Source: Camelus dromedarius (Eukaryota). Taken from it: 64,000 nt of DNA. Below the pieces are notes generated by a model. That model saw only the letters and a list, made by a program, of their open reading frames with translations, was not told the origin of the DNA and did not search any database. Made by a program: the position numbers and the translations under genes. Numbering within the stretch: the stretch's first letter is position 1; each line of letters starts with the position of its first letter. The stretch is from NCBI RefSeq assembly GCF_036321535.1, contig NC_087436.1:79610001-79674000 (forward strand), written 5' to 3'. Below are positions 24,213 through 38,269 of this stretch, in pieces.

Positions 24213-26064
24213 TATATATTTTAAAAAGAAACATAATAATTTATTTGTTTATCCCTGATCTTTTTGCCACTGGAGTAACTAATAAGAGAGAATGTTGAAA
24301 CCCTTTCCCTTACATTAAGCAAACAAACAAACACCTGTAAATCCATTTGTGATGCTTGGTGCCTATGAAGCGTGGTGCTACCTGCTTATGACCAGCATTT
24401 CATCTGTCTGTCAGCAACGTCAGATTTCACACGTAGCCTGTGGTAGTATGAACCTGGGGTCTCATTAGAGCTAGACTCGATGGATTTGTCCAAAAATGCC
24501 ATTTTGAGCTTTTGTACAACAATGAAAAGAATCCTTAACTTCTTCCTTGAGAGTGTATTATAAAGTTGTTAAAAGCCTTACTAGAAATTTAAGACTTTTG
24601 GTTTAAATACAGCAAGAGAGGACATCAATGTTTTCTGCTAGAAATCTAAATGATTGTTGGAGACTAGTAAATGAACTGGGAAGTGAGGGATTACTGATAT
24701 AATCGTGCCAGATATTTTCGTTAGTGATATCTTTGTTGCTGTTGCTTTTTTTGCTCCAAACTCAGAGAAATAAAGTGCTATAAATCCCAATAACTATTTA
24801 ATATTTGCCTGGTTATCTAAAAGAGCAGCAATCAATTACCTTGAGTTAGAGAGATATATTAAAACATTGTATTTTCATTTATGAATAATTTTTTCATGTG
24901 TTCCAAACTTTAAGCCTGAAATAGGGGTCTCCTGAGTGGCAGTGTGACTTGTAGGTGAATAACAGACACCTGAGTAGCTTGAGCAAATCCATGGAATATC
25001 ATTTGTCTTCCAAGCACCCAGCGAAAAATGATCTAAGCTAGATTGCCACATGGCTCTCTCATCAACAGGTTACCTGTTTTCAGGGCAAGAGGAAAGGGTA
25101 CAGGAGAAGGAAATTTGGGTAGAGGTGTTTGGAGAGATAAAAGATGCATGAAAGTAGCTCATCGAAGTCCACTTTTAGCAGCCACCTGTTGATACTGAAG
25201 AGAAGATGAATCACCAGTTTAGGCCCATGACAGCTTTTCTGAAATGAGAAAAAAGGGCCCAGTAAATGCATGCAGCTCGTTCCCATCATCCCTTTAATAA
25301 CCTGTAATATTGTAGCAGGATATTTTTGTCACGCCGAATCTGATTGATGGTCTTGGCTATAAGACATTACAAGTGTAGAGTAAATTGACCGAACACCTAA
25401 ACATACAAATTATTAAAAGGAAGGGGAGCAGCCATTGGCCTCCTGGGGAAAGCAGGCAGGCTTTAGTTAAGATGATCCTATTTCCAAGTGCAATTTATAG
25501 TCTATTGACTTGTGGCAATGTCTTTTTAGATGTGAGGAAATTGTCATACATTGCAAATGAGAAGCTGTTTTGACACTAGAATCTCAGCAAGTGCCAGAGA
25601 GAAATGATATCAGCCGCCTGGTCTGTTAAGGTTAAATGAAGTTGCATTGTTGCCCACAGACAGGCATTCATTTCCTTTTCTTTCCTGGGCCATCCCTGTG
25701 TACAATTACTCTGATTATGATGAGTAACAATGTGCTCCTGACACCCATTGTATTGACAGCATGCAGAATTTTCCACTCAAGTGGCACCAGCATTACTTAG
25801 CCTCTCAGATGTTGCGACAGGGCAGATCCATGCCTGCCAGTCAAGTATATCAGTGACAAAGAGGGCTTAGACCCTAGCCACACACCTCTAAATTAAAGCA
25901 GTCAAAGTCATCTCCTTGGAGTACTATGAACCTCTTCTTAGATGTGACTCTGATACCCTCTCATCCAATTCTGGGTTAGGTTTGCTTATCTTTTCTTCCA
26001 GTAGCCTCTCTTCCTTCCTTTTGGAAAATTCTCAGATTTTCTTTTAGAATTATTTTACAAGATC

Positions 26065-26290
26065 TTTCATTTATTCATCCAACAAACACTTACTGTCTAC
26101 TACGTTACTGCTTCAGGCGAAGAAGATAGAGCAGCAAAAATTACAGGGTGCCCTCTCACTTGGAGTTGGGTGATTTTAGATTGGGGTGGGGTCTGGAAAG
26201 GCCTTTTGGAGGAGGAGACACTTGAACAGATGTTTGTGTTAAGTGCGTATAAGATAGAATGCACAGAGCTGTGTAATGGGAAGGTTCAAA
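26065..26290 (-). mobile_element. L2 fragment
   Basis: catttattcatccaacaaacacttactg...ggaaaggccttttggaggaggagacacttgaa. Confidence 0.6.
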
Positions 26291-26444
26291 GATAAAATAT
26301 GGTCTCTTGTCCTCAAGATGCTTCTAGTTCAGTGCTAATGATAAAATGTCCCTATAAATCAATTCTTGATCAAGACAAATGTGCTGTGTCCACCATAGAG
26401 GTTCATGCAAGGTGCTACTCAAATTCTCACTTCTCCACTTATCA

Positions 26445-26824
26445 TGCATCTGAGTCCTTTGGGGCTGTTGTAACAAAGTACAGTTGACTGGGTTGCTTAT
26501 AAACAACAAATATTTCTCACAGTTTTGGAGGCTTGGAAGTCCAAGATCAAGGTGCTGGCAGAATTTGTGTCTGTGAGGGGCTGCTTCCTGGTTCATAGAG
26601 AGATGTCTACTCCCTGTGTCTTCATGTGGCAGAAGAGGGCATGGAGCTCTCTGGGATCTCCTTTATAAGGGCACTAATCCCATTCATGAGGACTCCACTT
26701 CTGTGACCTAATCACCTCCCCAAAGCCCCACCTCCAAATACCATCACCTTGGGAGTTAGGACTTCAACATATGAATTTTGGCCGAGGGGGCAGTGGTGGC
26801 TGCACAAACATTCAGTCTATAGCA
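26445..26824 (-). mobile_element. MaLR solo LTR (MLT1A-like)
   Basis: tttctcacagttttggaggcttggaagtccaagatcaagg...cactaatcccattcatgagg...cattcagtctatagca. Confidence 0.85.
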
Positions 26825-27280
26825 TTACCCAAATCCGCAACTTCCTTTATCCACTTCTTGGGAATGACTCCTGTTGCATTGACTCTTCAAGCTATTTGTT
26901 GCAGTAGTTATAATATCCATAGTAAATGTATTAGGAATTATAATTATTTAGCCCACTGAATATGGGAAACGTCACAGAATCTTTGTTATCCTGAAGACTA
27001 TCACCTTTGGTGTGTACTTTCCTGCTGGTGTGTAAGCAAAAAAAGGCACTGAAATTGACATGTATGACTTGGCAATGCAAAAGTAGTTTATGGTTAGGGG
27101 AACGTCAACGAAGAGGTCCAAGGGAGAGATGTCACGGGCATACCTGGAGCTGTGACATCAGGCACTCCCTAGTCGGGAAAGGATGCTTTCCACATTATCC
27201 TCAGTGGTGATGAGGATAACGATCATGGGTGTTATACAGACATATAAAAAATTCTCTTTCAATTTGTAACACTGTCTTAG

Positions 27281-27751
27281 TTTTTTATTTTTATGTATTT
27301 TTTATTGATGTACAGTTGATTAACAATGTTATGTTAGTTTGTGGTGTACAGCATAGTGATTCAGTTGTACATACATACATATATATATTCCTTTTCATTA
27401 TAGATTGATACAAGATATTGAACACAGTTCCCTGTACTATACAGTAGGACCTTGCTGTTTACCTATTTTATATATAGTAGTTTGTGTCTCCTAATCCCAA
27501 ACTCTTAGTTTATCCCTTCCCACTCCTTTCCTATTTGGTAACCATAAGTTTGTTTTCTAGGTCTGTGAGTTTCTTTCTGTTTTATAAGTAAATTCATTTG
27601 TATCATTTTTAAAAAAGATTCCACATATAAGTGATATCATATGATATTTATCTTTCTCTGACTTAGTTCACTTAGTATTATCGTCTCTAGGTCCATCCAT
27701 GTTGTTGCAAATGGCATTATTTCATTCTTTTTCATAGCTGGGTAGTATTCC

Positions 27752-27792
<41 letters not shown>

Positions 27793-29990
27793 CATGTCTT
27801 CTTTATCCAATCATCTGTTGATTGACATTTAGATTGCTTCTATGTCTTGGCTATTGTAAATAGTGCTGCTGTGAACATTGGGGTGCATGTATCTTTTCCG
27901 ATTAGACTTTCTCTGGATATGTACCTAGGAGTGGGATTGTTGGATCAAATGGTAAGTCTACTTTTAGTTTCTTAAGGAATCTCTGTAATGTTTTCCATAG
28001 GGGCTGCACCAAATTACTTTCCCACCAACAGTATAGGAGGGTTCCCTTTTCTCCACACTCTCTCCAGCATTCATTATTTGCGGACTTTTTAATGTTGGCC
28101 ATTCTGACTGGTGTGAGGTGATATCTCATTGTAGTTTTGATTTGCACTTCTCTGATAATTAGCGTTATTGAGCATCTTTTCATGTGCTTACTGGCCATTT
28201 GTATGTCTCCTTTGGAGAAATGTCTATTTAGGTGATCTGCCCATTTTTGGATTGGGTTGTTTGTTTTTTTGTTATTGAGTTGTATGAGCTGTTTGTATAT
28301 TCTGGAAATTAAGCCCTTGTCAGTCACATTGTTTGCAAGTATTTTCTCCCACTCTGTAGGTTGTCTTTTCATTTTGTTTATGTTCCTTTGCTGTGCAAAA
28401 GCTTGTAAGTTTGATTAGGTCCCATTTGTACATTTTTTGCTTTTATTTCTATTGCCTTGGTAGGCTGACCTAGGATAACATTGCTATGATTTATGTCAAA
28501 GAATGTTTTGCCTATGTTCTATTCTAGGAGGTTTATGGTGTCATGTCTTATATTAAAGTCTTTGAGCCATTTTGAGTTCATTTTTGTGTATGGTGTGAGG
28601 GAGTGTTTTAACTTCATTGATTTACACGTGGTTGTCCAGCTTTCCCAACACCACTTACAGAAGAGACTGTCTTTTCTCCACTGTATATTCTTGCCTCCTT
28701 TCTCAAAGATTAATTGACTGTAGGTGTGTGGGTTTATTTCTGGGCTCTCTGTTCTGTTCCATTGATCCATATGTCTGTTTTTGTGCCAGTACTATGCCAT
28801 TTTGATTACTGTAGCTCTGTAGTATTGTCTGATATCTGGGAGTGTTATGACCCAGCTTTGTTCTCTTTCCTAAGTATTGCTTTGCAATTCTGGATCTTTT
28901 GTGATTTCATATAAATTTTAAGACTATAAGTTCTAGTTTTATAAAAAATGTTGTGAGTATTTTGATAGGAATTGCATTAAATGTACAGATTGCTTTGGTT
29001 AGTATGGCCATTTAAAAATATTAATTCTTTCAATCTAACAGCATGGGATATCTTTCCATTTCTTTAAATCATCTTTAATTTCCTTAATCAATATTTTATA
29101 GTGCTCAATGTATAAGTCTTTCACCTCCTTGGTCAGGTTTATTCCTAAGTATTTTATTTATTTATTTTTTGATGCAATTTTAAAAGGGATTTTTTTTCTC
29201 TCCTTTTCTGATATTTCATTGCTAGTGTAAAGAAATGCAACAGCTTTCCACAGGTTGATCTTGTGTCCTGCTACCTTACTGAATTTGCTTATCAGTCCTA
29301 GTAGTTTTTTGTGGAGTCTTTAGGGTTTTCTATGTACAGTATCATGTCATCTGCATATAGTGACAATTTTACCTCTTTCCTTCCAGCTTGGATCCCTTTT
29401 GTTTCTTTTTCTTGTTCAATTGCTGTGGCTAGCACTTCCAATACTATGTTGAATGAAAGTGATGGGAGTGGGCATCCTTGTCTTGTTCCAGATTTTAGCA
29501 GGAAGGCTTTCAGCTTTTCACTGCTGAAAAGTATTATGTTGGCTGTGGGTTTGTCATAAACAGCTTTTATTATGTTGAGATATATTCCCTCTATACCTAC
29601 TTTGGTAAGAGGTTTTATCATGAATGGATGTTGAATTTTATCAAATGCTTTTCTGCATCTATTGATATGATCATGCGGTTTTTGTCTTTCCTTTTGTTGA
29701 GGTAGTGTATCACATGGCTTGATTTGCATATGTTGAACCGTCCTTGTGATCCTGGGATGAATCCAACTTGATCGTCATGTATCTTTTTCATGTGTTGTTG
29801 GATTTGGTTTGCTAATTTTTTTTGAGGATTTTTTTCATGTGTATTCATCAAAGATTTTGGCCTATAATGGTAGTGTCTTTGGTTTTGGTATCAGGATAAT
29901 GATGGCTTCATAGAATGAGTTTGGGAGTGTTCCTTTCTTTCCAATCTTTTGGAAGAGTTTGAGAATGATTGCTATAAGTTCTTCTTTTTA
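27281..29990 (-). mobile_element. 5'-truncated L1 (about 2.7 kb; RT to 3'UTR, frameshifted)
   Basis: ORF fragments [43 protein letters not shown] taacactgtcttag (27267-27280 / 29994-30007). (CA)n at about 27752-27785. Confidence 0.95.
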
Positions 29991-31656
29991 TTATAACACT
30001 GTCTTAGAAAATCTGGAAAATGAGTCATCAAAAGAATGAGGCTTTTGTCTTAGTCCTCAAGATTATTTTTAAAGTATCCAAAAAAGGAGAGATCTATGGG
30101 ATTTCTGGTTTCTTTTTATTTCAGTATCCCGTTCATAATGGCCATTGAGTGCAGAGCCCAGAGTCTCATTCTGTACAGGTTTGTTTACTCACACATACCC
30201 TGCACTCCTCTGCATTCTTACATCTTTCAGAAAGCATCTTCTACTTTGTGACTCTCTCGACGAGCTTTCCATGCCATACTTTACAAGCATGCTGAGTTTT
30301 CCTCTAGTTACTCATATTTCAAAATACTGGACCTTGAGGAAAACATAAGTAATGTAATTATTTTGTGTATCTGTATGCATGTATGCATTCATGTGCATTT
30401 GTATCTATTAATATAAAAGCATTCTGCTTTAAGAAAACACAAATGCAAATTCACAAGATAGGATAATTGCAAGGATGATTGAATTACAGAACATTTTGCT
30501 TTCTAGAAGAGTCAAATAGAGTTTCTTTAAATAGCCTTCAAAATTAAATATCATTTTAATTTGTACTTAAAATTATATGTTATATAGAAGATAGTATATA
30601 AAATTATATATTGTATAATGGTATCTATTTATACTGTAAATATATACTAATATACAATATTGTATTAATATACAATACTGGTTTTCCTAACTATAATCAG
30701 GTCTGTTGAAAAATGAAATAGCCCTTTTATATACTTTGGAAAACAATGATGGAGCAATAACCAGCATACTGGCCTTTGAAGTCAGTCGTGTGCAGCTTAT
30801 AAGTATTTATTAAGAGATGGTTCCTTTTGGGAAAAAAAGTTGAAAATTAGACTTAGAAGTGGCAGATCTCATTTATTTAGCCAGGTTACACAACAAATGG
30901 AACCTTAGGGAATGGAACCTGTTTTAGATTCAGTTGCAGGAGACATTTTTTTGGAGATGTGTCAAATTATGTGGGGAAGTTTCTAGCTGAATCTTTCAAA
31001 AGAGAGTATGCCTCCTCCCCACCCCAACCACATCACCTCCTGCCTTAATTTACTAAAGATAACTTACTCTCTATCAACCACCTATATGTCTTGTGAGTCA
31101 TATTGATCTCAGACATGTGATGCAGTCCTTGGCTAAGATAAAATTGGTTTAATGGTATCCTTCCCCCCTCCCTGTACTTCTACTGATACTTAAGCATGCA
31201 GAGGACACCACAGGCCCCTTTCCCCATCAGGAAAGCGTGTCGAGGCAGCTTACAATAAAGGACAAGTCTTCCCACAGCCTCATCAATACCTTGATAGCTC
31301 TGGGCTAATGGAATCCTGTGACTTTCGGTTCTCATTGATAAGAGACCCTGATGCAGACACTGATGAGTGGGGCATTCTCTGTTTGCACACACTTCTCCCA
31401 GCTTGTTCCACAGAAAATATTTTCAGGAGGAGGTCAAAACGACTACATTTCTGGCTGTGATTCTTTCTTTGATGTAGGAGAGAAAAGAATTTATTTTGTG
31501 TGGTGATCACCTGCAGTTTTTATCTTCTTCTCATTCTGCTGCAAAATTAGAGAGGATTCCCCAAACCTAGATAAGATTTGCATTCCTAAGTGGAAAAAGT
31601 TGACATCTGCTCCTGATCCATTTCTTTGAAGACTTAAGCAGCCTAGATTTTCTTTT

Positions 31657-31895
31657 AATAATAACAGCTAACGCTGGTGAGCAGTTACAGCATGTGGAGT
31701 GCTTTGCCAGGCAGTGTCCGTGCAGTGCCTCAGTCTCCCCAACAACCAGATGGGAGCTGTGGGAACTCGTATCATCCACATTTTACAGATGTGGATTGAG
31801 GCTCAGGAAGATTCAATATCTGGGTCAAAGTCATCTGCCTGCTAAGTGGTGGATGGGGATTCAGATCCAGCTCTGACTGAAATGCTTGTGCAGTT
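31657..31895 (-). mobile_element. MIR SINE
   Basis: aataataacagctaac...cattttacagatgtggattgaggctcag...ggattcagatccag. Confidence 0.8.
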
Positions 31896-31949
31896 ACCCT
31901 TTCTGAGTGGGCTGATTTTCAGGGCTGTAGTGTCTCAGGTGGGTGTTTT

Positions 31950-32115
31950 TGTTTTTTTAAAAATTTTCTCCTCTTTTTTTGAGTGGGGGTAGGTAATTAG
32001 GTTTTTATTTACTTATTTAGGTATTATTTATTTATTTTAATGGAGGTACTGGGGATTGAACCAAGGACCTCATGCATGCTAAACATGCACTCTACCACTG
32101 AGCTATACCCTCCCC
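31950..32115 (-). mobile_element. tRNA-derived SINE (Vic-1-like)
   Basis: ggggattgaaccaagg...ctctaccactgagctataccctcccc. TSD ctcaggtgggtgtttt (31934-31949) / ctcagctaggtgtttt (32118-32133). Confidence 0.85.
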
Positions 32116-34039
32116 TCCTCAGCTAGGTGTTTTAATCCCAATTAACATTTTATTCTGGGAATAACAAGAATTTCTTGACTGATTCCCCTGAGGGGACTAC
32201 TTCATTGATGTCAAGAACTCTCATCAGAAAGGACAATATTAAGCCTTGTTCCAAGCTTGTGCCAATCCAAAAGTGGCTCAGGGATGCAACCAAAAGATCT
32301 GGCAAAACTTGATCTCACAACTCCACTTTGGAATATTCCTAAAGCAGGAGTTTTGAATAGTAGCTCTCATTTCTGCTTTTAAAATACCTCTGCCCCACAG
32401 AAAGGTATAGATATTTACACCTCAAGGGCTGAGGATCATGGCATTTCCCATTTACAATTATGGTATTCCTCATTTTTGACAGTACCTAATGATCTAACCT
32501 CTTTTGGTTAATTTGGCCTTGCTTATTTCTCTCACTGGCCAGAAATAATTCTCGGCTTTCACAGCATGTGGTGAGGTACTATGGAGACAGTATTTAGAAA
32601 ACTGAATGTGGAACTAACAGAGCCCAGTGAAGGTCACTGGAAGGACATTTGAAAATGAGACAATTGTGAAAGACCTTTGCAAAATATTACCAGGGACCTT
32701 GGAATATAAACTTTGGCTACTGGGTTTTATATCAAAATTTGCTTTTGTTCTTTCTTTGGGGTCCTGTTAATTCCTTTGATTATTAACAGATTAGGTTCCC
32801 AAAGGATGTTCAGAAGTTCCAAGTGACTGTCACCATCATCTGTTGGTGGTGGATATTGCTCACTCATTGTTCCTCCTTGGCTTGTAGTTTTGTTCCTATT
32901 TATAAATGTTCATAATTGAAGGAGCTTCTGCAGTGACAAGTCTGAGTGGAGAGATATCATTATAGAAGATGTTGGATACTGCTGCTTCATGGATAAGACG
33001 CCTCCCACCTTGTTATTTTATTAAAAGAAAAATCTTGGCTCTTTGCTAATGAAAGGTTTTTTCTAGGAGCTTCTATAACCATAGATGCTTGTTCAACAGT
33101 TAAAAAAGATTCTTGAACAGAAAAAAAAATTAGATACTAACAAATGGATACCCTTTGGGGATAAAAGCTTTGCTTATAGGAAATGTGAAAAAAGTTCTGG
33201 AAGGGAACTTTGAGGGAGCCGGTCATGGGAAAGGTAAGAGCCTTTGAGTCGGCTGCCCTTGGGAAACAAGGAGCTGCTGTCAAGTCTCATTATCACCACT
33301 GGGTGTCACTCCAGGCAGCTGCCTGGTCAAGGTTAAAATACTGTAAAGGAAAACAGCCAAACAAACCAAAGGAAAATAATGAAAGGAACAAAAAATGTGT
33401 CTGTCTCAATATATATTAGGATTTTGAGTGAGAGGGAAGGAAAACACAATACGGAAACATGACGTCGGGTAGCATTCTGTTTTGGAGTGAAGCTTTTGTC
33501 ATTGCCAGGTGGGGACTTTTTAAATTCAGAGGATGTATCATCCCAGTCAGCTGGCTGAGGTGAGAGCAGAGTCAGACCAAAACCCAGCTAGATTTCCAAC
33601 AGTATATTAATATTTTTAAGGGCTTTGATTCATATGGCTTAATTGTTTTCCAGGAAGTTCATATCCTTTTATACTAAAAGGGAAGCATTTTCCCCATCTG
33701 TTTTCTTGCAGTATCAGAAGTATGTATCTCAGTACACTTCAAAAGAACTGTGTACTTGCTTCAGGACCAGGAGATCTGAGTCCCCCAGTATTTTTACTGG
33801 CAGAAGTCCTTCAAATTTTTTACTCCAATTCCTTTGTGAAAATTTCTTCCTTTTTGCCTCCCTTTACCTGTCACTCCCCTGTATTGACTTGAAGACCACT
33901 GAAAATTTGAAGCTGCAGATGAGGAAACAGTCTGTGGAAATAGGAGTCTTGGCCTCCATTGCCCAGAAATGGGGGGATCCACAGCTTGACTCTAGTAGGA
34001 GCCATGTAGAATTCCCAGATGGCAGTTGTCTCTCTTAGG

Positions 34040-34552
34040 GATGCTTTTGGCGACCTGTGAACAGGAAAATGGAATAACACTGACTATTTTCATGTAGTCA
34101 TTTACTAACACATACTGAAAGAAGACTGGAGGTGTTTGGTTGCTGGTGTTGGTTTGGCTGTTCTCCAGTGATATCACGGACCCTCACTCTTCCCATTCTT
34201 CTGCTCTGCCCTGCTTGGTGATTATTTTCAGCTTTGTGCTTTTTGTCTCTTGCTCACAGGAAGGTTACCATAGCTCCAAGCATCATGTCTGAATCCAAAA
34301 CAAGAGGGAGAAGTGGCAGTGAAGAAGTTTTCCTTTTGTCTCTTTCTTGGTTATGAGGGAGAAAAGTTTTCTGAAGACCCAATAGACTTGTCTTACTTAT
34401 AATTGGCTGGAACCATGTTACATGGTGACCTCTAGCTGGAAGAAAGGCTGAGAAAGCAAGTATTTAGCTTTTTCATCCTCTATTATTGAGATGAAAGAGA
34501 GAAAGGACTTGGGAATAACTGTTGAGTCAACCAACCGTGAGTGTCTGTCATA
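34040..34552 (-). mobile_element. Old MaLR LTR (MLT1J-L-like)
   Basis: atagctccaagcatcatgtc, attggctggaaccatgttacatggtgacctctagctg, ggctgagaaagcaagtattt. Confidence 0.6.
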
Positions 34553-35489
34553 AAGTTCTGAACACATTTTCTAAAAGAAACATTGTTTTGTATGATGGGA
34601 GAATTTTTATAGCATTATATGAAATAAGATGAGTTAATACATTTAACCTAACTCCTATGTCCTGTGGTAAATACACTCTGAATTTTATACTGTTGACATT
34701 AAAATCTACTATTGGAAAAACTTGCTTATATGTTGGGGACTATTGGTAGTGTATTAATTTTTATTTAAAGATAAAAAAAATCATTCCCTAAGGCCTTTAA
34801 AAATGTTCATTAAAGTTTTGTTGTCAAAATATTTAAAATATGTATGTTGATGAATTTTCTGAGTGAACAGGAGTATACGGAATAATTCTCCTGGGATTAA
34901 GATGTAATGGTATATTTAGTCCCATTACAGAGAAACATTAAAAAAAATCCCAGATGGGATCTTGATTCTTTTACACTGAAGTACCTGATGCCTAAATAAG
35001 ACTCTTACAAGAAGTTGGAGGAAAAAACCATGGCTTGAATCACTTGACGGTTTTGGGTTTACAAGCCTAGGCCTATTCTCTGAAAGAAAATGTTTCCTTC
35101 TGGGTAATTTGAGTAACTATTATCATGAATAATGAAACCTTGCACTTGAGAGGAGAGGTTCAGTTTTTAGGTTCTTCCGTGTGAAAACTGAATGCACATT
35201 TGTTAGCATATATCCCAATTCTCATAGGGGTTTTTTAAAGACTAAAAGATAGAAGCTTTGATTATGTAATATCTTTTTTAAAAAGCTATTATGTACAAGA
35301 AATATGTGTATATTTACATATCTATGCATTTATCTATGACAAGTATTTTTAAGTTCAGTAAAATTAAATTGAATATAGGAATCTTAGTAGTGTCTTGGGC
35401 CATCAGATCTTTAATGTTCCCTCATAGAACTCTTACGAAGCAAGTAAACAGACCTTGGGCCTGTGTACATATTCTGGCTTCTGGAAGAT

Positions 35490-35875
35490 TCCATTCATTC
35501 AATGAAAATTTGTTGATCCCCTGCTTTGTGTTGGGAACTGTGCTGGGTTACACGGGGTATAAATTGGACCCAGTTCATGCTCTCACCTGTGTTTATAATC
35601 TACAGGGAGATAAATATACCAGGACTGGGAGACAGTGGAATGGGTGTTAGGCTAAGTGAGCACAAGGCGCCATGTGAGCTCATAGGAGGCTCGAGAGATG
35701 TTGTTAAAGACGGTTTCCTGGAGGAATTTACGTCTAAGAATGGCCCTCAAAGAGGAGGGGTGATTTTCAAGTAAAGGCTAGAGATGGCAGGGGGTAGACG
35801 TGGTGGCAAAGTTTGTTCCAGGAAGAAGAAACAGCATGTGGGAAGGTCTGGTGACAGTAGGACCATGGAGCTTAG
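35490..35875 (-). mobile_element. L2 fragment
   Basis: cattcattcaatgaaaatttgttga...ggaactgtgctggg...ttccaggaagaagaaacagcatgtg. Confidence 0.7.
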
Positions 35876-36647
35876 AACACCGTTAAAAATACCACTCTAT
35901 TATAGGCTTTTGGAATTGAAACATTTAATATTTTTCCCTGGCACCACTTATTTTCTTTGAAACAACATTATCGACATTTCTCCACCCTCTTTAGATCTGG
36001 AGGAGTTCTAGAACTCCTATGATTTCTTTTTGTTTCACACTACTTAAAATCCTTTCAATTGTTTTCATCACACACAATTCCCAGCACTGTCTTTTCCTTG
36101 TGGCTAGTTTGAAAAGAGAAAGCTCATGAGATATGCATGTGCCTCGTCCTTCCAGCTCTGTCAGTGCCCCTTGGAGAAACTGTGGTTCTGGATCCTTGGT
36201 CACCTTAATTCCTCTCTCCTAATCAATGCTTATTTAATTTAATTTTTAAAGGGGTTATTAGTTGGCTGGTGTGTCATGTTCTAGGAGTCTTTTTTTTTTT
36301 AACTTTATTCATAACTAATGATTTCTAGAGGACCAAACTTTCTTTCCCCCTGAGGTCCAAACATCTTACACTTCAACTGAAAGAAACAAGAGCACCTTAC
36401 AAACAAATTTATGTAACAATTGACTTACCTGTATTCTTGGTGGAATTTAGCCTTTTCTTTTTATTATCCAGTTTGAAACCTTTTGCAGATTTTGATATTT
36501 TGAAAGTGAGGTTGATCTCAGAACATAATTACAAATATCCTGATTAGTTACTTTAACAGTCCTATCAACTCAAGGCATTAGAAATGAAAGAAATACAAGA
36601 CAAGAACAGACTAGTAACTGCCATACAAATGGTCTATCAGTGTTTCT

Positions 36648-36782
36648 TCTTTATATATTCTGGAAACAAGTTCTGTATTTTGCAAAGATTTTCTCCTGGT
36701 CTATTGCTTGCTTATTAATGGTGTCTCTAATGAGCAGAAGTTTTTAATTTGAATAAAATCTAGTTTGTCATTAAAAAAATCA
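36648..36782 (-). mobile_element. Short internal L1 ORF2 fragment
   Basis: tctttatatattctgga...ttgcaaagattttctcc...gagcagaagtttttaattt, flanked by 16-bp direct repeats (14/16). Confidence 0.65.
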
Positions 36783-37802
36783 GTCCATCAATGTTTCTAG
36801 GATGACCAGTGCATATGAAGATACTCTTTCCTTAAATACTGGAGTCTTACTGAACATTTTATAAAATCGGAGTTTCAGAATATAACTTCTAAAAAGTCTA
36901 CAGAAAAACACCTCACTCTCAATGATTCATGTTCTTGGAAGTCATTAAAAATATTAGATGCTTATGGAAAAAATATAAAGACCCCAAATAACGGTTGAAC
37001 AAAAGTGACAGAGTAACCAAATTCACATATATGTGATTAGCTCTTGTAAGAAAGTATTAAATATGATCCAAGTCTAAGAGATGGAATTAAGCATTATGTA
37101 AAGGTGATAGGTGGAGTGTGAGGGCAGGGCAGGATCCTACAAAGGAATCAGAAAAAGCAAGTCAGCCCCAGTGTGTCAGAACGAGAAGGAGAGGAGAAAG
37201 TGGCATTTTGTCATTTTAAGAGAGAGAAGGGAAAACATTATTTGTGGCTAATTACTTTAAAATGCTTATTTGATGTGCAAGAACTGATAAAAATCAAATA
37301 AAAGCAATCAGATTTTGAATAAACTGTGCTCAGATTATCTGACAGCTTTATGAAAGAGACATAGGAAATTCAGTTGCTTGGAGCCTGGCCATCCAAAGTG
37401 CATCTTATTTTGAATAAACCAGTATCAGCTTAATAAGAATTGACTGGAAATGTTTGTCACATGACAAATGAAAATGATTTTCCTTTTTGAGTGTTGTGAT
37501 GAGCATCAGGGAAAAATAGAACAGAATGTTGAATTTTCATATTCCTGAGCCTGGATGAGTTGTCCCCCAGCAATGGCCAGCTCTGGGTAAGTGCTTTCAA
37601 TTAGATTTCAGTTTGTCATGCCTACAAGCTACTTCCTCTTGGGTCTCGTAATTTCATGTCCCTGGTACTGTGGGGATGTAATGCTATCTGGGTCACATTA
37701 CTGGCATACAGGATTCAGTAGTGTTAAGAAACCTTTGAATGCATGATTACTGGTAACCATAGCAAAACTTAGTCCATGCATGCCTGGGAGATGTTATTTG
37801 TA

Positions 37803-37935
37803 CCAGCACTTCTCATCGACTTTGAGCATCAGAATCACCTGGGGAGTTTTTTAAAATATAAAGTCTGAGTTCCACTTTAGACTAGTTGGACAGAATCTCT
37901 GGGAAGGGGGGCTTGGTCTTAACATTCTCAAAAAT
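37803..37935. mobile_element. MER5-family hAT MITE
   Basis: gcatcagaatcacctggggag...ttaaaa...cagaatctctggg. Confidence 0.65.
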
Positions 37936-38269
37936 CTTTTAAAGCCACACACTGCCATATTCTATGCCTATGGATGCAGCTACGAAAGACTTGTAAGACC
38001 TATGTTTGTGGGCAAATTGTCTAAGTAAATAGTGCATAGTCATATGCAACACACATCCTGGAATCTGAAAAAAAATAATGTCGGTTATACTTTGCATTCC
38101 ACGCTTCATGCACCATCACTCTGTTCCTGGCAGAGAGGCCCATGGAAACTTGCGGCTGTTAACATATTATTCCAGCTTGAGTAAAATGTTGGGAGAAGGA
38201 GGTCTCTTCTCTATGAAAGAGGGGACAGTTGAGAGAGTGGTTTCAGGAAAGCATTGAGGGTAGCTGCTA

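Noticed and set aside
23482..24234. 250-aa ORF as a host gene
   Set aside because: It is the L1 ORF2 C-terminus; the start codon lies in flanking DNA beyond the truncation point.
25061..25193. 10-bp inverted repeat atcaacaggt/acctgttgat and a local palindrome
   Set aside because: No TSD or internal transposon similarity; compatible with chance.
30560..30680. AT-rich palindromes such as atacaatattgtat
   Set aside because: Low-complexity A/T sequence generates such palindromes trivially.
33455..33522. CRE-like TGACGTCG and NF-kB-like GGGACTTTTT
   Set aside because: Both are imperfect matches with no other support.
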